DNA of 64,000 nt from a virus. Positions 30,930 through 42,300 of the stretch are shown here, piece by piece. The notes beneath the pieces were generated by a model. The model saw nothing but the letters and a program-made list of their open reading frames with translations. It was not told where the DNA came from and made no database searches. The stretch lies in IMG/VR virus record IMGVR_UViG_3300033153_005694, positions 1 through 64,000 of that record. One strand, given 5' to 3'. Each line of letters begins with the position of its first letter. Position 1 is the first letter of the stretch. The translations under genes and the position numbers were made by a program.

Positions 30930-32546
30930 ATGACTAAATATGCAAAGTATGGTAATATTTCAGTAACAGACCCAACTAAGGGTATGCAAGCTGCAGTAGG
31001 CAGTATAATGGATAGAAGGCTAAAAGAAGATATACTAGCTAAAGAGGAAGCTCGACGAGCAGTGGAAGCTGAAAGAGCTGAAAGAGGCTTACAGCTAAGA
31101 GAAGCAGCAGCAGAACGAGAAGCAGGTAAATATAAAACTGCACTAGCTGAGAAAAAAGCTTTGCAGGAGTACGTAACAGGATATACGCCGTATGGCGAGG
31201 AAGCAGGTGGTCGAAAAGGTATGGAGCTAGTAGATAAGGCTGTGCTGGGTAAGATTGAAGAGATGGATAGACCATTGACTTACGAAGAAGCAGCAGATGT
31301 ACAAACGTTTTACGAGAAACAAGTACCCTGGAAAGAAGAAGCATTAAGTAGTGTTTCAAAGAATTTGTTAGCAAGAGGAGTTGATCCAAAGACAGCGTTA
31401 GTAACAGCGGCAACTTTGACAGAAGGATTAAAAAGTAAAGAAGAGGCAAGAAAAGAAGAAGTTGCAACTACGAAATTACTGAACGAGAGAGCAGATAAAG
31501 CAGCGAAAGTTGAAAGAGAAATTGCAAGGTTGATGAAGACTGCTGCAGGAAAAGGTAAAGCAGGAAGAAAAGGCAATGGAACAACGGCTCTGGATATATC
31601 AAGTTTGGTTGAAAAACAAGATCTTGGGTGGTATGATACAGATAAAGCACAAACTGCTGTAGATGAAGCGTTAGAAATCGCAGATGCTAAGTCAGTGAAG
31701 AAAGCAATTGGGTATGGAATTACACATGGGTACTTTGCGAAAGGCTTTGATCCAGTTAAGTTTCGAGCAGCAGTAAATATGTTTGAAGAAAAAGGGGTTG
31801 AAGGCACTACTGGGACACCAAGCCTAGGAACACTAGATAAATTTAGACCAAGAAGCTTTCAGCCTGAACCTATTAAAGATATGACAGCTGAAGAAAAACT
31901 AGCTGAGGCTAGAAAAGAAGTAAGGTGGCTAGGTGAAGAAGAAAAAGCAAAACCGGCTGCAAAAGTACCTGCAAAACTAGCTCCTCCAGCTAAAGAAGTA
32001 GACGAGAAAAAAACTGCAGAAGTTAAAGTAGGTGATGTATCAGATGCTAGTAAGGCATTTGAAAAGTATAAAGGACCTAGTTTGTTTGGTAAAGATACTC
32101 AAGCATTGACAATACCTGCAAAATGGGGTACTAGAAAAATGCCGGTACAGACAGAAACAGAAAGACTACAAGTTGAGAAAGCACTAGGTGATGCTCCTAT
32201 AGAAGATGTATCATTAGCGTTAGTGCCTGCTGGTGCCGGAGCAAAAGTTGCAGGAAAAGCAGTAACTAGTGCTACTGGTAAAGCGTTCGGTAAGATACTA
32301 GATAAACTTACAGGTACGTTACGTGGTGGCACTTTTACGACAAAAGCTGCTAGTGGTAGAGTACTAAGTGGTGGTAGTGCTAGCGCTGCTAAGAAAGCAT
32401 TTAATAAACAACTAACTGATGAGATTGCTGTAATGGCAAGTAAGGCTAGATTGGATGTTGGTGATGTTAGTAGACTAGAAGCTATTGCTAAACGAATACC
32501 TGCTCTTAAAAAAGATATAGATATGCTCATAAATACAATGAAGTAA
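30930..32546 (+). CDS. Ejection/internal virion protein
   Basis: Ala/Lys/Glu-rich, Cys-free, directly before the vRNAP gene. Confidence 0.55.
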   Translation: MTKYAKYGNISVTDPTKGMQAAVGSIMDRRLKEDILAKEEARRAVEAERAERGLQLREAAAEREAGKYKTALAEKKALQEYVTGYTPYGEEAGGRKGMELVDKAVLGKIEEMDRPLTYEEAADVQTFYEKQVPWKEEALSSVSKNLLARGVDPKTALVTAATLTEGLKSKEEARKEEVATTKLLNERADKAAKVEREIARLMKTAAGKGKAGRKGNGTTALDISSLVEKQDLGWYDTDKAQTAVDEALEIADAKSVKKAIGYGITHGYFAKGFDPVKFRAAVNMFEEKGVEGTTGTPSLGTLDKFRPRSFQPEPIKDMTAEEKLAEARKEVRWLGEEEKAKPAAKVPAKLAPPAKEVDEKKTAEVKVGDVSDASKAFEKYKGPSLFGKDTQALTIPAKWGTRKMPVQTETERLQVEKALGDAPIEDVSLALVPAGAGAKVAGKAVTSATGKAFGKILDKLTGTLRGGTFTTKAASGRVLSGGSASAAKKAFNKQLTDEIAVMASKARLDVGDVSRLEAIAKRIPALKKDIDMLINTMK

Positions 32547-32578
32547 CTAGGAATATAGTCTAAGTAAATAAACAAACT

Positions 32579-32600
32579 TTAAGTGTATATTGGCTATAAT
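32579..32600 (+). promoter_or_regulatory. Promoter TTAAG-N11-TATAAT upstream of vRNAP
   Basis: ttaag tgtatattggc tataat. Confidence 0.7.
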
Positions 32601-32628
32601 AGAGGAAATATACGCTTAAGGAATACAA

Positions 32629-35600
32629 ATGCCTATTGAAATTGAATACTCTTCACTACTAAAAGGTGAAGTACCCGCTACAAGCAAAATAGAATCACTA
32701 CAAAAACGTAAATACGATAAGCTAGAACGACTAGCACCTGAAGCTGCAAATATACAAACTGCAGAACAACTACAACAATCACTATCAGATATCGCAGATC
32801 AGCAAATATATACAAGACCAGATGGAAGTAAATACCAAATAGACTACATGATCGACCCTGTAACAGGATTAAGTCAAGGCCAACAAGAAGTAGACTACAC
32901 AAAAATAAGTAGATATGGTACACCAGATACTAGAAATCTGTACATCGATACTTCACCAGAAGGTGCTTACAAGCTAGGATTAGCTAGAAGTGATAAAGGC
33001 TTTATGGGTAGGTATACTCCAGGAGAAGACTACGGATGGGCACCAGGACCAAAAGGAGTAACTCCAGAAAATGGTGCATTGATGGATATAGAATTGCCAC
33101 ATGATGTAGCTACTCAGTTTGAATATGACGTACATACTAATGTAGGACAAATACGAAGTAGGGCTGCTGGACCAAGTATTGCGGAAATTACGGCTGCTAG
33201 ACCAGAATTTGGTAGTGGGGTAAGCGAATATACTAAACCAACAGCTCCAATGTGGAATATAGGATATGTAGCTCCAGAAGGACAACTTCCAGAAGATACA
33301 TATATGCCAAAGAAATTACGAGAAGTAGAAAAGAAGAAGACATTTAAAGACTACCTTACAGAAGAAGAAGCTAGGAGCGGAGAAAGAGCAGCAGGCGGAG
33401 AAGAATTGGTAAGTGGACTAACAAAGTCACTAGGTACTGCCTTTACAAAAGAACTAGCGGTAGATACAGCTGATTGGATAGGGGATGCTACAGGATTCTG
33501 GGACATAGGCTCAGAAGACGAAAAAACTAAAATGGTAAATGAGTGGTTTAACTACGATCCAAGGAATTTAGAAGAAGCACATAAAAAAGTAAGTGTGTTG
33601 AATAACAAGATATGGGATGAAGCTAAAAAAGGAAATATAGCTTGGAAAGAACTAGGCGAGGCTATAGTAACTGCTGTAAAAGAGCCAGAATTACTAGGAA
33701 GTTCACTAGGTACAATAGCAGCATGGGTAGTACCAGGAGCATGGTTGACTAAAGGTAAAAAGTTTGCCGATGCTGCAGGTATGGCAGGTAAAGCTAGCCA
33801 TGCATTAAAAGCACAAAGTGGACAAATAACAGCTGCGATAGGAAATGTAAATGACCAGTATGAAGAATTCGTAAAGAATAACAATGATGTAGAGTTACAA
33901 GGTATAGAAAAAGCGGAATGGTTTGCAACTAGATTTGGGGTACAGATGTTGAATCAGAACCTAGATGCGATTACAGCTACAAGTATAATAAAGTCACCAG
34001 CAATGTTTAACGCTGCAAAGCAGTCGATAGCAGGATTGACAGAGAAGCAATTTGGCAAGTTTTTAGCGGGTGTGGGAAAAGTAGTAGGTACCACTGTAGT
34101 GAATATGCCGAAAGAAGCAGTTCAAGAGTATACTCAAAGAATGATGGAATTGACAAATGAAAGATTTGGAGCAGAGAAGTTTAAAGACTTAGATACGTTC
34201 GGTAAGTTCTTGCTAGATGAAGGTGTAATGAAAGAGGGAACACTAGATGCATTGATGGGAGCTGCAGGAGCGGTACAGTTTCAGGCAATAGGTGCAGTAC
34301 CACAAGCGTTAAGAGGCGCAAAAGAAGTAGTAGCAGATGCGGTAGGCGGTGAAGTAGATCCAGATGTACAACGAATGCCTACAGGCGTAGCTGGTAGACG
34401 AAGAGTATTCAACTCAGATGAAGCGATGGATTATGTCGAGAATGAGAAGAGTAGAGATGTGTTTACAAAGTCTATAACAGACTACACAGTGGATCTGTAC
34501 TTCCTTCCAGAGGAACAAGCAAGTAGCCAGTATGCAGGAATAAAAGATGTAAAAGAAAGAAATAAGCGAATACTAGATGACACAGTAGAAAAGATAGCGA
34601 AAGTAAACGGACTAGAAACAAATGCTGAAAAAGAGTATATATACCAACAAGTTGCAGATAAGCTGAAAAAAGAGTTTGTCAAGGCTTCAGAAAAAGGTGA
34701 TGGAAAAGTAGAAGAGAAAGATGAGTTCTACAGTGGGCTACTGACAGCGAGTGATGATAACAAGTATGTGCGAAGAGAAGTAGACGATGCATATAGAGAA
34801 GAATTGCTTAGTAATATGGTTGAGTTTAAAAAAGAACTAGATAGAAGAGGCGTAGAAGTAAAGGATATAGAGCTAAATCCAGAAGAGCAGAAGAAAGTGT
34901 TGAAAGTACTAGATAGAATGAAAAGACTAGGTTCTGAGGAACTAGAAGACGAAGCTCGAATAATAGCGGAAGCACTAAAGCTAGCTGAAGCACAAGATAA
35001 GAAAACTGTAGCAGATGTAAGACGAGAGATTGAAGTAACTGGATTCTTGAAAGGCGGAAAGAACTACAAAGGTTTAAAAGACCATACGGTAGATATTGAA
35101 GGTGATATCGTAAGCGGTAAAGATAGTGTAGCAAATGTTGAAATGTTGCAAAAATTTGCAGAGTCAAGAGGGGCAAATGAAGTACAACTGTTTTACACAG
35201 ATGCTAAAGGTAATAGAGTACAGAGAAATCCGGTAACGATACACAGATTTATACAAGACCGACAAGAAGATACACAAAAAATAGCGGATACAGTAAATAA
35301 ATTGCTGGCTGTTGAAAATATATCACCGAAGATAAAAGAGCAATTAGAAACAGTACAGAAAACAGTAAATGATAATCTGCAAGAAGTTGAAAAGCTATCA
35401 AAGATAGACGATAAAGAACTAGTTGAAACGCTAATAGAGATGCCACAGAATATAGCAAGTAAAGGACTGGTAAAGATACCAAAAGCTAAGGTTAAAGCTG
35501 AAGAAGTAGTAGCTGAAGAGATGCCGGTAGATGAGTATGCAGATATAGATGTAACAGAGACGGTAATAGAATTACCAGTGGAAGAAATAGTAGTTGAGAA

Positions 35601-38600
35601 ACCTAAAGTTAAACCGGTAAAAGTAGCTAAAGAAAAAATTGAAGAAGTAAAAGTAGAGCCTAAAAAAGAAGTAAAGATTGAAGAGAAGAAAGTTGAGCCT
35701 AAAGTTAAGAGAGAACTAGATATTCCAACAGTTTACGAAGCGATAGTGAAAACTAAAAGTGCATATAAAGATGAAATAGAAGCACAGATAAGAGAACAAC
35801 TAGATGGTACAGATAAAAAGTTACCGGTATGGGAACTTTATAGAAGTGAAGGTATACCAGGATCTACACCAAAGAAGATAGAACAGCTGATAAATGAGAT
35901 TGTAGCAAGTGAACCGAGATATATAGAAGAAGTAGATGCATATATAGAGGGTAAAGAAGAGTATTACAAAGCTGCAAAAGATGATGGAACAGATACGATA
36001 AGAGCAAATATAAAAGCACTAGAGTACTACGAAACTAGATTAGATGGTGAAATACAAAAGAAAGTTACAAAAGTAAAACAAAAAGAACAACAAAAACTAA
36101 AAACAAAGGTTAAAGAAAAAGTAGCTGCAGGAGTCGACTCGTTGCGAGTAAGAATAATGGATAAACTGAATAAAGTGAAAGAACTGTTTAGACCAAATAC
36201 AGATAAGCAACGAAGTGTAGCAAGTCAGCTAGCAGCTGGGATAACAGAAGCTAGATTGATGGAGATGATGCCTGCAGTGATTCGAAAAGCAGGAGATAAA
36301 GGTAAAGATAAAGTACGACAAGCGGTGGTAACATTACAAAGATTTACAAAAGAAAAAAGTAGTACACCATTACCTAGTCAAACGCTAGCCGCGTTGAAGA
36401 ATAAAATAAAAGTAGAAAAAGGTGATAACTACATATTGGACGAATGGTTCAGCAAGCTTACAGAGAAGCAAGATAAAGAAGTAGAGAAATGGTTCAGAGT
36501 TGCTGTGAATGTGTCTGCAGTGATTGGAATGGGTAAGATGCTGGATGCTAGAAAGCTAAGTAGCAGTGAACTAGATGACTATGTGACAGGAGCATTCGGT
36601 GTATATGAAGGTACAGATGTACATAGTGAGTTGAAGAAGAAAGTGAAGAAAGGTGAGATAGTACCGATATCAACATATAGAAAAGAATTAGGTCAAAGAT
36701 TGCTTAAAGAACTAGAATTGAAGTTTGATATTGCAGAATTAACAGGGCAAGATAAACAAGATGTGACAATGGCAATAGGTCAACTAGTGATGGAAAGAAT
36801 GAAGCGAGTTGCAAAAGCTGAGAGTCGGTATGGAGTAGAAGGTAAACAAGTAGGAATAAGCACAGAAGCTGGAACAGTAGAAGTAGCAGATAGTATCGAT
36901 AACCCAAAAGGCGATAAGATCATCAGAACTGTGTTAGAGTTTAAACTGTCAAGTGAAGCAGAAAGAGAACTAGATGTAGCAGCGAGTGTGCTAGAGTATG
37001 CTGGAACACAAGATCACGGAAATATAAAAGATGTGCCTACAGAGTACAAGTATGATAAGAAGATACGGAACAGTGAGATAACTATGCCGCGAGAAGCTGT
37101 GAAGTACTTGAATAAACAGAATAAAAAATCATGGAAGTTCAACAAAGATTGGCAAGAGCTGTATAAAACTGTAGAGGAACGAGCAAAGAAAGAAGGCAGA
37201 ACAGTAAACGAGTTGATGTACGAGTTAATGCTAGATAATGAGCAAGAATTGATAGCGAATACACCAGCGATGGAAATAGAAAGTGTGATGGCTAAACTAG
37301 AAGCTGATAAGCTAGATGTAGACAGAATGTTGATGGCATACGACATAGCAGGTGAAGGTGAGTTCTACCTAGATTGGGATTTCACGATAAGCGGAAGATA
37401 TATGATAAGTAACAGAATGTTGAATCCACAGAATAGTAAGATAAGTAGGTTTATCGTAGATATGCAAGGCCAAAGAAGTGTGCTAGAGAAAATAGATGGG
37501 AAGTATGATGAAGATGCGCTGCATATGATAAAAGTAGCAGCAGCACAAGCATTGGGTATTGGAGTAGATAAAACGGTAGATGAAAAGGCAATTGAAGAAC
37601 TAGGTAAGAATTGGTTTGTGATAGCTAAAGATGGCAAAGTAACGTATGCAGATAACAGAAATGCAAGAATACTAAAGAAAGCTGCAGAACTGCAAGAAGT
37701 GAATGCGATAGCTGCAATGAAGTTGTTGAATCAAACAGGTGTGATGCATACAGATGAGAAGATGCACGTGTACCAGATGTTGAAGGCGTTAAGAGAACTA
37801 GATAAAGGCAGCGATAAGACAGAGCATAACCTAGCATTAGAGATGGATGGAATTACGAATGGTATGATGTTGACATTGCTAGATATGGGTTGGAATGAGT
37901 GGATTCAAAGTATGCTGGAAAAAGGTGGAATATATGACGTAGATAGCGAGTACGAGAACCATGGACAGTTTAAAGTTGCAGGTGGACAAGATATCTACGA
38001 AGTACCAGTGGACATGTTGAAGAAAAAACTAGAATTAGGTGATGAAGAAACTGCAGAGTTGATTGAGCAAGCTGGATGGAGGAACTTTTTGAAGCCACTA
38101 GTGATGGTATTCATGTACGGCGCTGGGATAAATAATATTCGAAGAAAAGCGGCTGAAGAGTTGGCGATGTTGCATGTGAAGAATGCAAAAGATGTAGGTA
38201 AGATTAAAGGATTGATGGCAGAAGCTGTAGGGTATATGAACTCGAGTAGAGAGACCACAAAGTATACGTCAGCTGCTAAAGTAGAATTTAAACAGTATAA
38301 AAACGGAGTGATGCGAAGTATACCAGACGGAAAAGTAAAAGATGTGTATTTAAGCCCATACCAGATGTATATATTGAGTACGTACTTAGATGAAGCTGTG
38401 ATAGGGAATTACATAGAAAATAGCTTTGAGACAGAGTTTAAACCAGTGGTAGAGTATAGACAAACGCTAAAAACAGTTGAGACAATGAACTACTGGGTGT
38501 TTAAACAGCAGTTAGAGAAGAAGTTGAAAGGTAAGAATGTTGCAGAGTTGACGGCTGAACAGTTAGAAGAAGTGTTGATGGAAATGATAGATGAAAATAC

Positions 38601-39369
38601 GTTCTATGGAGCAAATGACGCGAATAATGGAGTGCAAGATTACACAAAGATGGGAGATACACATGCGAATAACAAGGTACATGTAGCCGGGTTTGGAGGA
38701 TATGCAACGAATATTGACGTACGACGAAAAGAAGTGAATAGTGCGGTTAAGGATTTCATCAGCAATATTGGTGCAGTAGGTGTAACAGCTATACATAACA
38801 AAGATGGTAGAGCAATGAATGAAGGACATATCAAAGATGTGTTGAATATCTTCGATGCACTGATGATGGGTACAGATGTAGAAGTGAATGGGGAGCAATC
38901 TGTAGCGATGAATAAATCGATGGTAGATGTGAGTAGACAGCACGATATATTCGGAAAAGCTGTAGAAAAGTTAGTAGGAAATCTAGATAAAGTTAGCTTC
39001 GAAGAGATGAGTGAAGCTGATGTAGAGTCGCTACAAGATGACTTAAAAAGAGCATACGGGATTACAGGTGATGAAGATCTAGATAACATGACAGCGAAAG
39101 TGATGGAGATTATCGAGAAGGTAAGAGAAGATAGAAAGACACTAGGTAAAACTAGATTAAAAGTAAATCACTACTACGTGAGTGACAAAATGGGTCAGTA
39201 TAAAGAAGAGCAAGCTGGAGAAACTACGGGTATAGTAGAAGAACTAGGTGTACTAGAAGATAAGATGAATGAGATGTTTACAGCAGAAGTAAAAGTAGAT
39301 GAAGCTGCTGTTAAGCCGGAAGATGGTATAATAGCGAATATAGCAAATAATATCGAGGAATGTGTATGA
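32629..39369 (+). CDS. Virion-encapsidated RNA polymerase (N4-like), N-terminal and polymerase domains
   Basis: T7/N4-type motifs: SGRYM..NPQNSK, EMDGITNG (A), R..LKP..M..MYGAG (B), NIFDA (C). Confidence 0.88.
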   Translation: MPIEIEYSSLLKGEVPATSKIESLQKRKYDKLERLAPEAANIQTAEQLQQSLSDIADQQIYTRPDGSKYQIDYMIDPVTGLSQGQQEVDYTKISRYGTPDTRNLYIDTSPEGAYKLGLARSDKGFMGRYTPGEDYGWAPGPKGVTPENGALMDIELPHDVATQFEYDVHTNVGQIRSRAAGPSIAEITAARPEFGSGVSEYTKPTAPMWNIGYVAPEGQLPEDTYMPKKLREVEKKKTFKDYLTEEEARSGERAAGGEELVSGLTKSLGTAFTKELAVDTADWIGDATGFWDIGSEDEKTKMVNEWFNYDPRNLEEAHKKVSVLNNKIWDEAKKGNIAWKELGEAIVTAVKEPELLGSSLGTIAAWVVPGAWLTKGKKFADAAGMAGKASHALKAQSGQITAAIGNVNDQYEEFVKNNNDVELQGIEKAEWFATRFGVQMLNQNLDAITATSIIKSPAMFNAAKQSIAGLTEKQFGKFLAGVGKVVGTTVVNMPKEAVQEYTQRMMELTNERFGAEKFKDLDTFGKFLLDEGVMKEGTLDALMGAAGAVQFQAIGAVPQALRGAKEVVADAVGGEVDPDVQRMPTGVAGRRRVFNSDEAMDYVENEKSRDVFTKSITDYTVDLYFLPEEQASSQYAGIKDVKERNKRILDDTVEKIAKVNGLETNAEKEYIYQQVADKLKKEFVKASEKGDGKVEEKDEFYSGLLTASDDNKYVRREVDDAYREELLSNMVEFKKELDRRGVEVKDIELNPEEQKKVLKVLDRMKRLGSEELEDEARIIAEALKLAEAQDKKTVADVRREIEVTGFLKGGKNYKGLKDHTVDIEGDIVSGKDSVANVEMLQKFAESRGANEVQLFYTDAKGNRVQRNPVTIHRFIQDRQEDTQKIADTVNKLLAVENISPKIKEQLETVQKTVNDNLQEVEKLSKIDDKELVETLIEMPQNIASKGLVKIPKAKVKAEEVVAEEMPVDEYADIDVTETVIELPVEEIVVEKPKVKPVKVAKEKIEEVKVEPKKEVKIEEKKVEPKVKRELDIPTVYEAIVKTKSAYKDEIEAQIREQLDGTDKKLPVWELYRSEGIPGSTPKKIEQLINEIVASEPRYIEEVDAYIEGKEEYYKAAKDDGTDTIRANIKALEYYETRLDGEIQKKVTKVKQKEQQKLKTKVKEKVAAGVDSLRVRIMDKLNKVKELFRPNTDKQRSVASQLAAGITEARLMEMMPAVIRKAGDKGKDKVRQAVVTLQRFTKEKSSTPLPSQTLAALKNKIKVEKGDNYILDEWFSKLTEKQDKEVEKWFRVAVNVSAVIGMGKMLDARKLSSSELDDYVTGAFGVYEGTDVHSELKKKVKKGEIVPISTYRKELGQRLLKELELKFDIAELTGQDKQDVTMAIGQLVMERMKRVAKAESRYGVEGKQVGISTEAGTVEVADSIDNPKGDKIIRTVLEFKLSSEAERELDVAASVLEYAGTQDHGNIKDVPTEYKYDKKIRNSEITMPREAVKYLNKQNKKSWKFNKDWQELYKTVEERAKKEGRTVNELMYELMLDNEQELIANTPAMEIESVMAKLEADKLDVDRMLMAYDIAGEGEFYLDWDFTISGRYMISNRMLNPQNSKISRFIVDMQGQRSVLEKIDGKYDEDALHMIKVAAAQALGIGVDKTVDEKAIEELGKNWFVIAKDGKVTYADNRNARILKKAAELQEVNAIAAMKLLNQTGVMHTDEKMHVYQMLKALRELDKGSDKTEHNLALEMDGITNGMMLTLLDMGWNEWIQSMLEKGGIYDVDSEYENHGQFKVAGGQDIYEVPVDMLKKKLELGDEETAELIEQAGWRNFLKPLVMVFMYGAGINNIRRKAAEELAMLHVKNAKDVGKIKGLMAEAVGYMNSSRETTKYTSAAKVEFKQYKNGVMRSIPDGKVKDVYLSPYQMYILSTYLDEAVIGNYIENSFETEFKPVVEYRQTLKTVETMNYWVFKQQLEKKLKGKNVAELTAEQLEEVLMEMIDENTFYGANDANNGVQDYTKMGDTHANNKVHVAGFGGYATNIDVRRKEVNSAVKDFISNIGAVGVTAIHNKDGRAMNEGHIKDVLNIFDALMMGTDVEVNGEQSVAMNKSMVDVSRQHDIFGKAVEKLVGNLDKVSFEEMSEADVESLQDDLKRAYGITGDEDLDNMTAKVMEIIEKVREDRKTLGKTRLKVNHYYVSDKMGQYKEEQAGETTGIVEELGVLEDKMNEMFTAEVKVDEAAVKPEDGIIANIANNIEECV

Positions 39370-42300
39370 GTTGTAAATCAGAAAATATAGCAAAGAATGT
39401 AGATGAGTATGGAATCGGTGATGTCCACGAAGCTGCGAAGTATGTAAATGACAATAGACGCAGAAATGCGTCGATAGCAAGAGCAAGTAAAACGGGGAAG
39501 TATGCTGATCCAGAGAAAAGAGTAGACTTTAAGATTGATAAAGATAAAGGGCTAGTTGGAAAATGGTTAGGACGAGAAAGCGTAGATGGATACAGCTTTG
39601 AAGAAAGTGTGAAGATTGAAAATGTTGAAAGACTAGATGCTGAGCATGTACGGCTGAATGGCGAGATTACAATAAACCTAGATAAGAATATGACAAATGA
39701 TGGTATGTATATAACAGAGATATATGGTAGTGAAGCAGATGTAACAGAAGATGAGGATACGGTAAGTATACGAGACTTCACAGGAACACTTGAAGAAAAC
39801 CTAGATGAAGTGTTCAACGCAGTGACAGAAGAAGATGGCGAGATGTTAAGCGATGACCACCATGACCACCTGGTGGGTGTGCTGGAGATGTACCAAGATA
39901 AGATGAAAGAAACTGGTAAAGAAGTAAAACTAGATGGACAACTGCTAGAAGAAATAACACTTACCGGAAAGAATACGAGAGGACACGCAAATCCAGAAGA
40001 TGGTAAGTTTGCGATAATTAAGGGTAATAAGAAGTACGTAACAGCTACAGAAATACTAGCACATGAATTACAGCATGTATTGATAAGTAAGGCGATAGCT
40101 AAGAACCCAAAGATTAAAAGAGATATACGGCAGTTAAGAGAATTGATGAAGGAAAAACTAGATTACAAGATATTCCTAGACGGTATAGAAAATGTAACAC
40201 AAGAAGATATCGACTACGCTAAAGAGACATATAGGTATGCACTTGATAATACGAGGGCACCAGAAGATGAGTTCCTAGCATTTGCAACAACAAATGAGAA
40301 GATGATTAAAGCGCTTAAAGAACAGAAAGATATAAAAATAAACCTGTTTAAAGAGTTAAGTAAAAAGGAACTAGCAAAAGTAGGTAAGATGCGAAAGTTG
40401 CTAGAGCGGATAATCAAAGCGATAAATAAAGCATACTCATCGATAAAAGTAGAGGGTAAAGATACACATGAATTGGCTGTAGACTTGATGGCAAAAGCAT
40501 TAGAAGTGGCTGCAAATGAAGGTAAACAACAAGATAAAGGTGTATTTGGCAAGATAAATAACTTACTGGCTAAAGGCGATGCGCAAATAAGAAAGTTTAC
40601 GGATAGCATAGAGCAAGAAGAGATGACATTGGCTGACCATATTCGAAGAAGAGATAAAAAAGGACTAGATAAAGCCATTGACAGCATGTGGCGAATAAGA
40701 GGGTTGAATAAAGCTAGAAGTTTCGTATTACAACACAACATATTCAGTAGTTTGACACGGAATAGCAAGAATGAAGATGTAGGGAAGTTCTACGACATGT
40801 TTAGACAGAGTAAGAAGTTAGTAGATAGTACAGTAACGCATTTAAAGAGTGTGACATTCGATACGCTGTTGACTGAGTATAAACTAGATGAAATGGATGT
40901 TAGACTACGAAGAGCTACTAAAAGAATACTGATAGATGCAGATACAATGGCAATAGGAACGCTAGATGAGGTTGAGGAGTACTTGAAGGATAACAAGAAA
41001 CTAGATCAGGATATCATCGCAGAGAGTGTGGGATTGAAAGATGAGACAGTATTGGCAGCAAAAGAGCTAGGTGCGATGATAGTGGATAATAGCGCGTATA
41101 CGCACAATGGGTACACAAATGCAAAGCAAATAGCAAGGTTGCTAGAAGGTAAGGAAGATGAGCAAACAGTACAGAAGATAGATAAATTAGCCAGTATGAT
41201 GGCACTGTATGTGAGTTCGGATATTGATAAGGCACTAACAGTAAAGGCACTAGTTGAGAATAGGACTGGGATTGAGGCTGCTATAAATCTGCATTTGAAG
41301 CATGAAGAAAGGTTGCTAGAGAAAGCGTATGCTGGAATGAAAGAGTACGCTACAAAGGGTGCTAAGCAAGAACATTACAAGGGAAATAAAAAATACTACC
41401 TAGTGGATGAAAAAGAGATGAAAGATCTAGTGAAGGCTGGACTGCAGAATGTAGGAAAGCATAACGAGTTGAGTAGGATACTAGGTGAAGATAGATATAT
41501 AGTAATCGGTGATAGTATAGATACGACATATACAGAAGGTTTGATGAGTGTTGTACAGCTGAAGAATGAAGGCGAAAGTTTAAGACGGATATTGCTTGAA
41601 ACTGGAAAGTATACGAATGAAGAAATTGAAGAAGTGATTGATAGAGAAGCTGGAAGTAAAAGAGTAGGAGTGGGGACATTTCTGGTACCCGAAAGAAGTG
41701 GGACCGGTGAGATATACGACTATAGACTGCGAATGACACAAGAGCATAAAGAGAAGTATCTAGATCTAGATAATGATCTGGTTCACACAGTAAGCCATAC
41801 AGTGGCGAACCTGACACATAAAGAAGAAGCGATGGTGAGTAATAGAACATCGGTTAAGTATTTGAACAGCTTTTACGAGAAACATGGTAAGGATGACGAG
41901 TTTACGTTTATCGCAGTAAATAAAGATTCGACTGGTAGATTTAAAGAGTATTGGGATTTGATACCCGCGTATTTGAAGAGAGATATTGAAGGAAGTAGTA
42001 AAGATAAGACACTGTACATCGAAGAAAGTATGTTGGTAGACTACTTTGGATATAAAGATGTGAGTATGAAAGATATGCCGTGGGTAAAAGATAGTAGAAA
42101 ACGGCAAATGCTTGCAGTTAAGTTAGAAAGAACAGCGCAAGAACTAGTTCAGAGATGGAAAAAAGTTGTGGTAACAATGACTGGAACTACGATAAAAGGA
42201 AATATGGGCTCGAATATGTTAGTGACAATGCAGCATATAGGAATGGATCCCGTGTTTAAAAGTATGTGGGAAGAATTGAGTCAATATCAAGAAGATGTGA

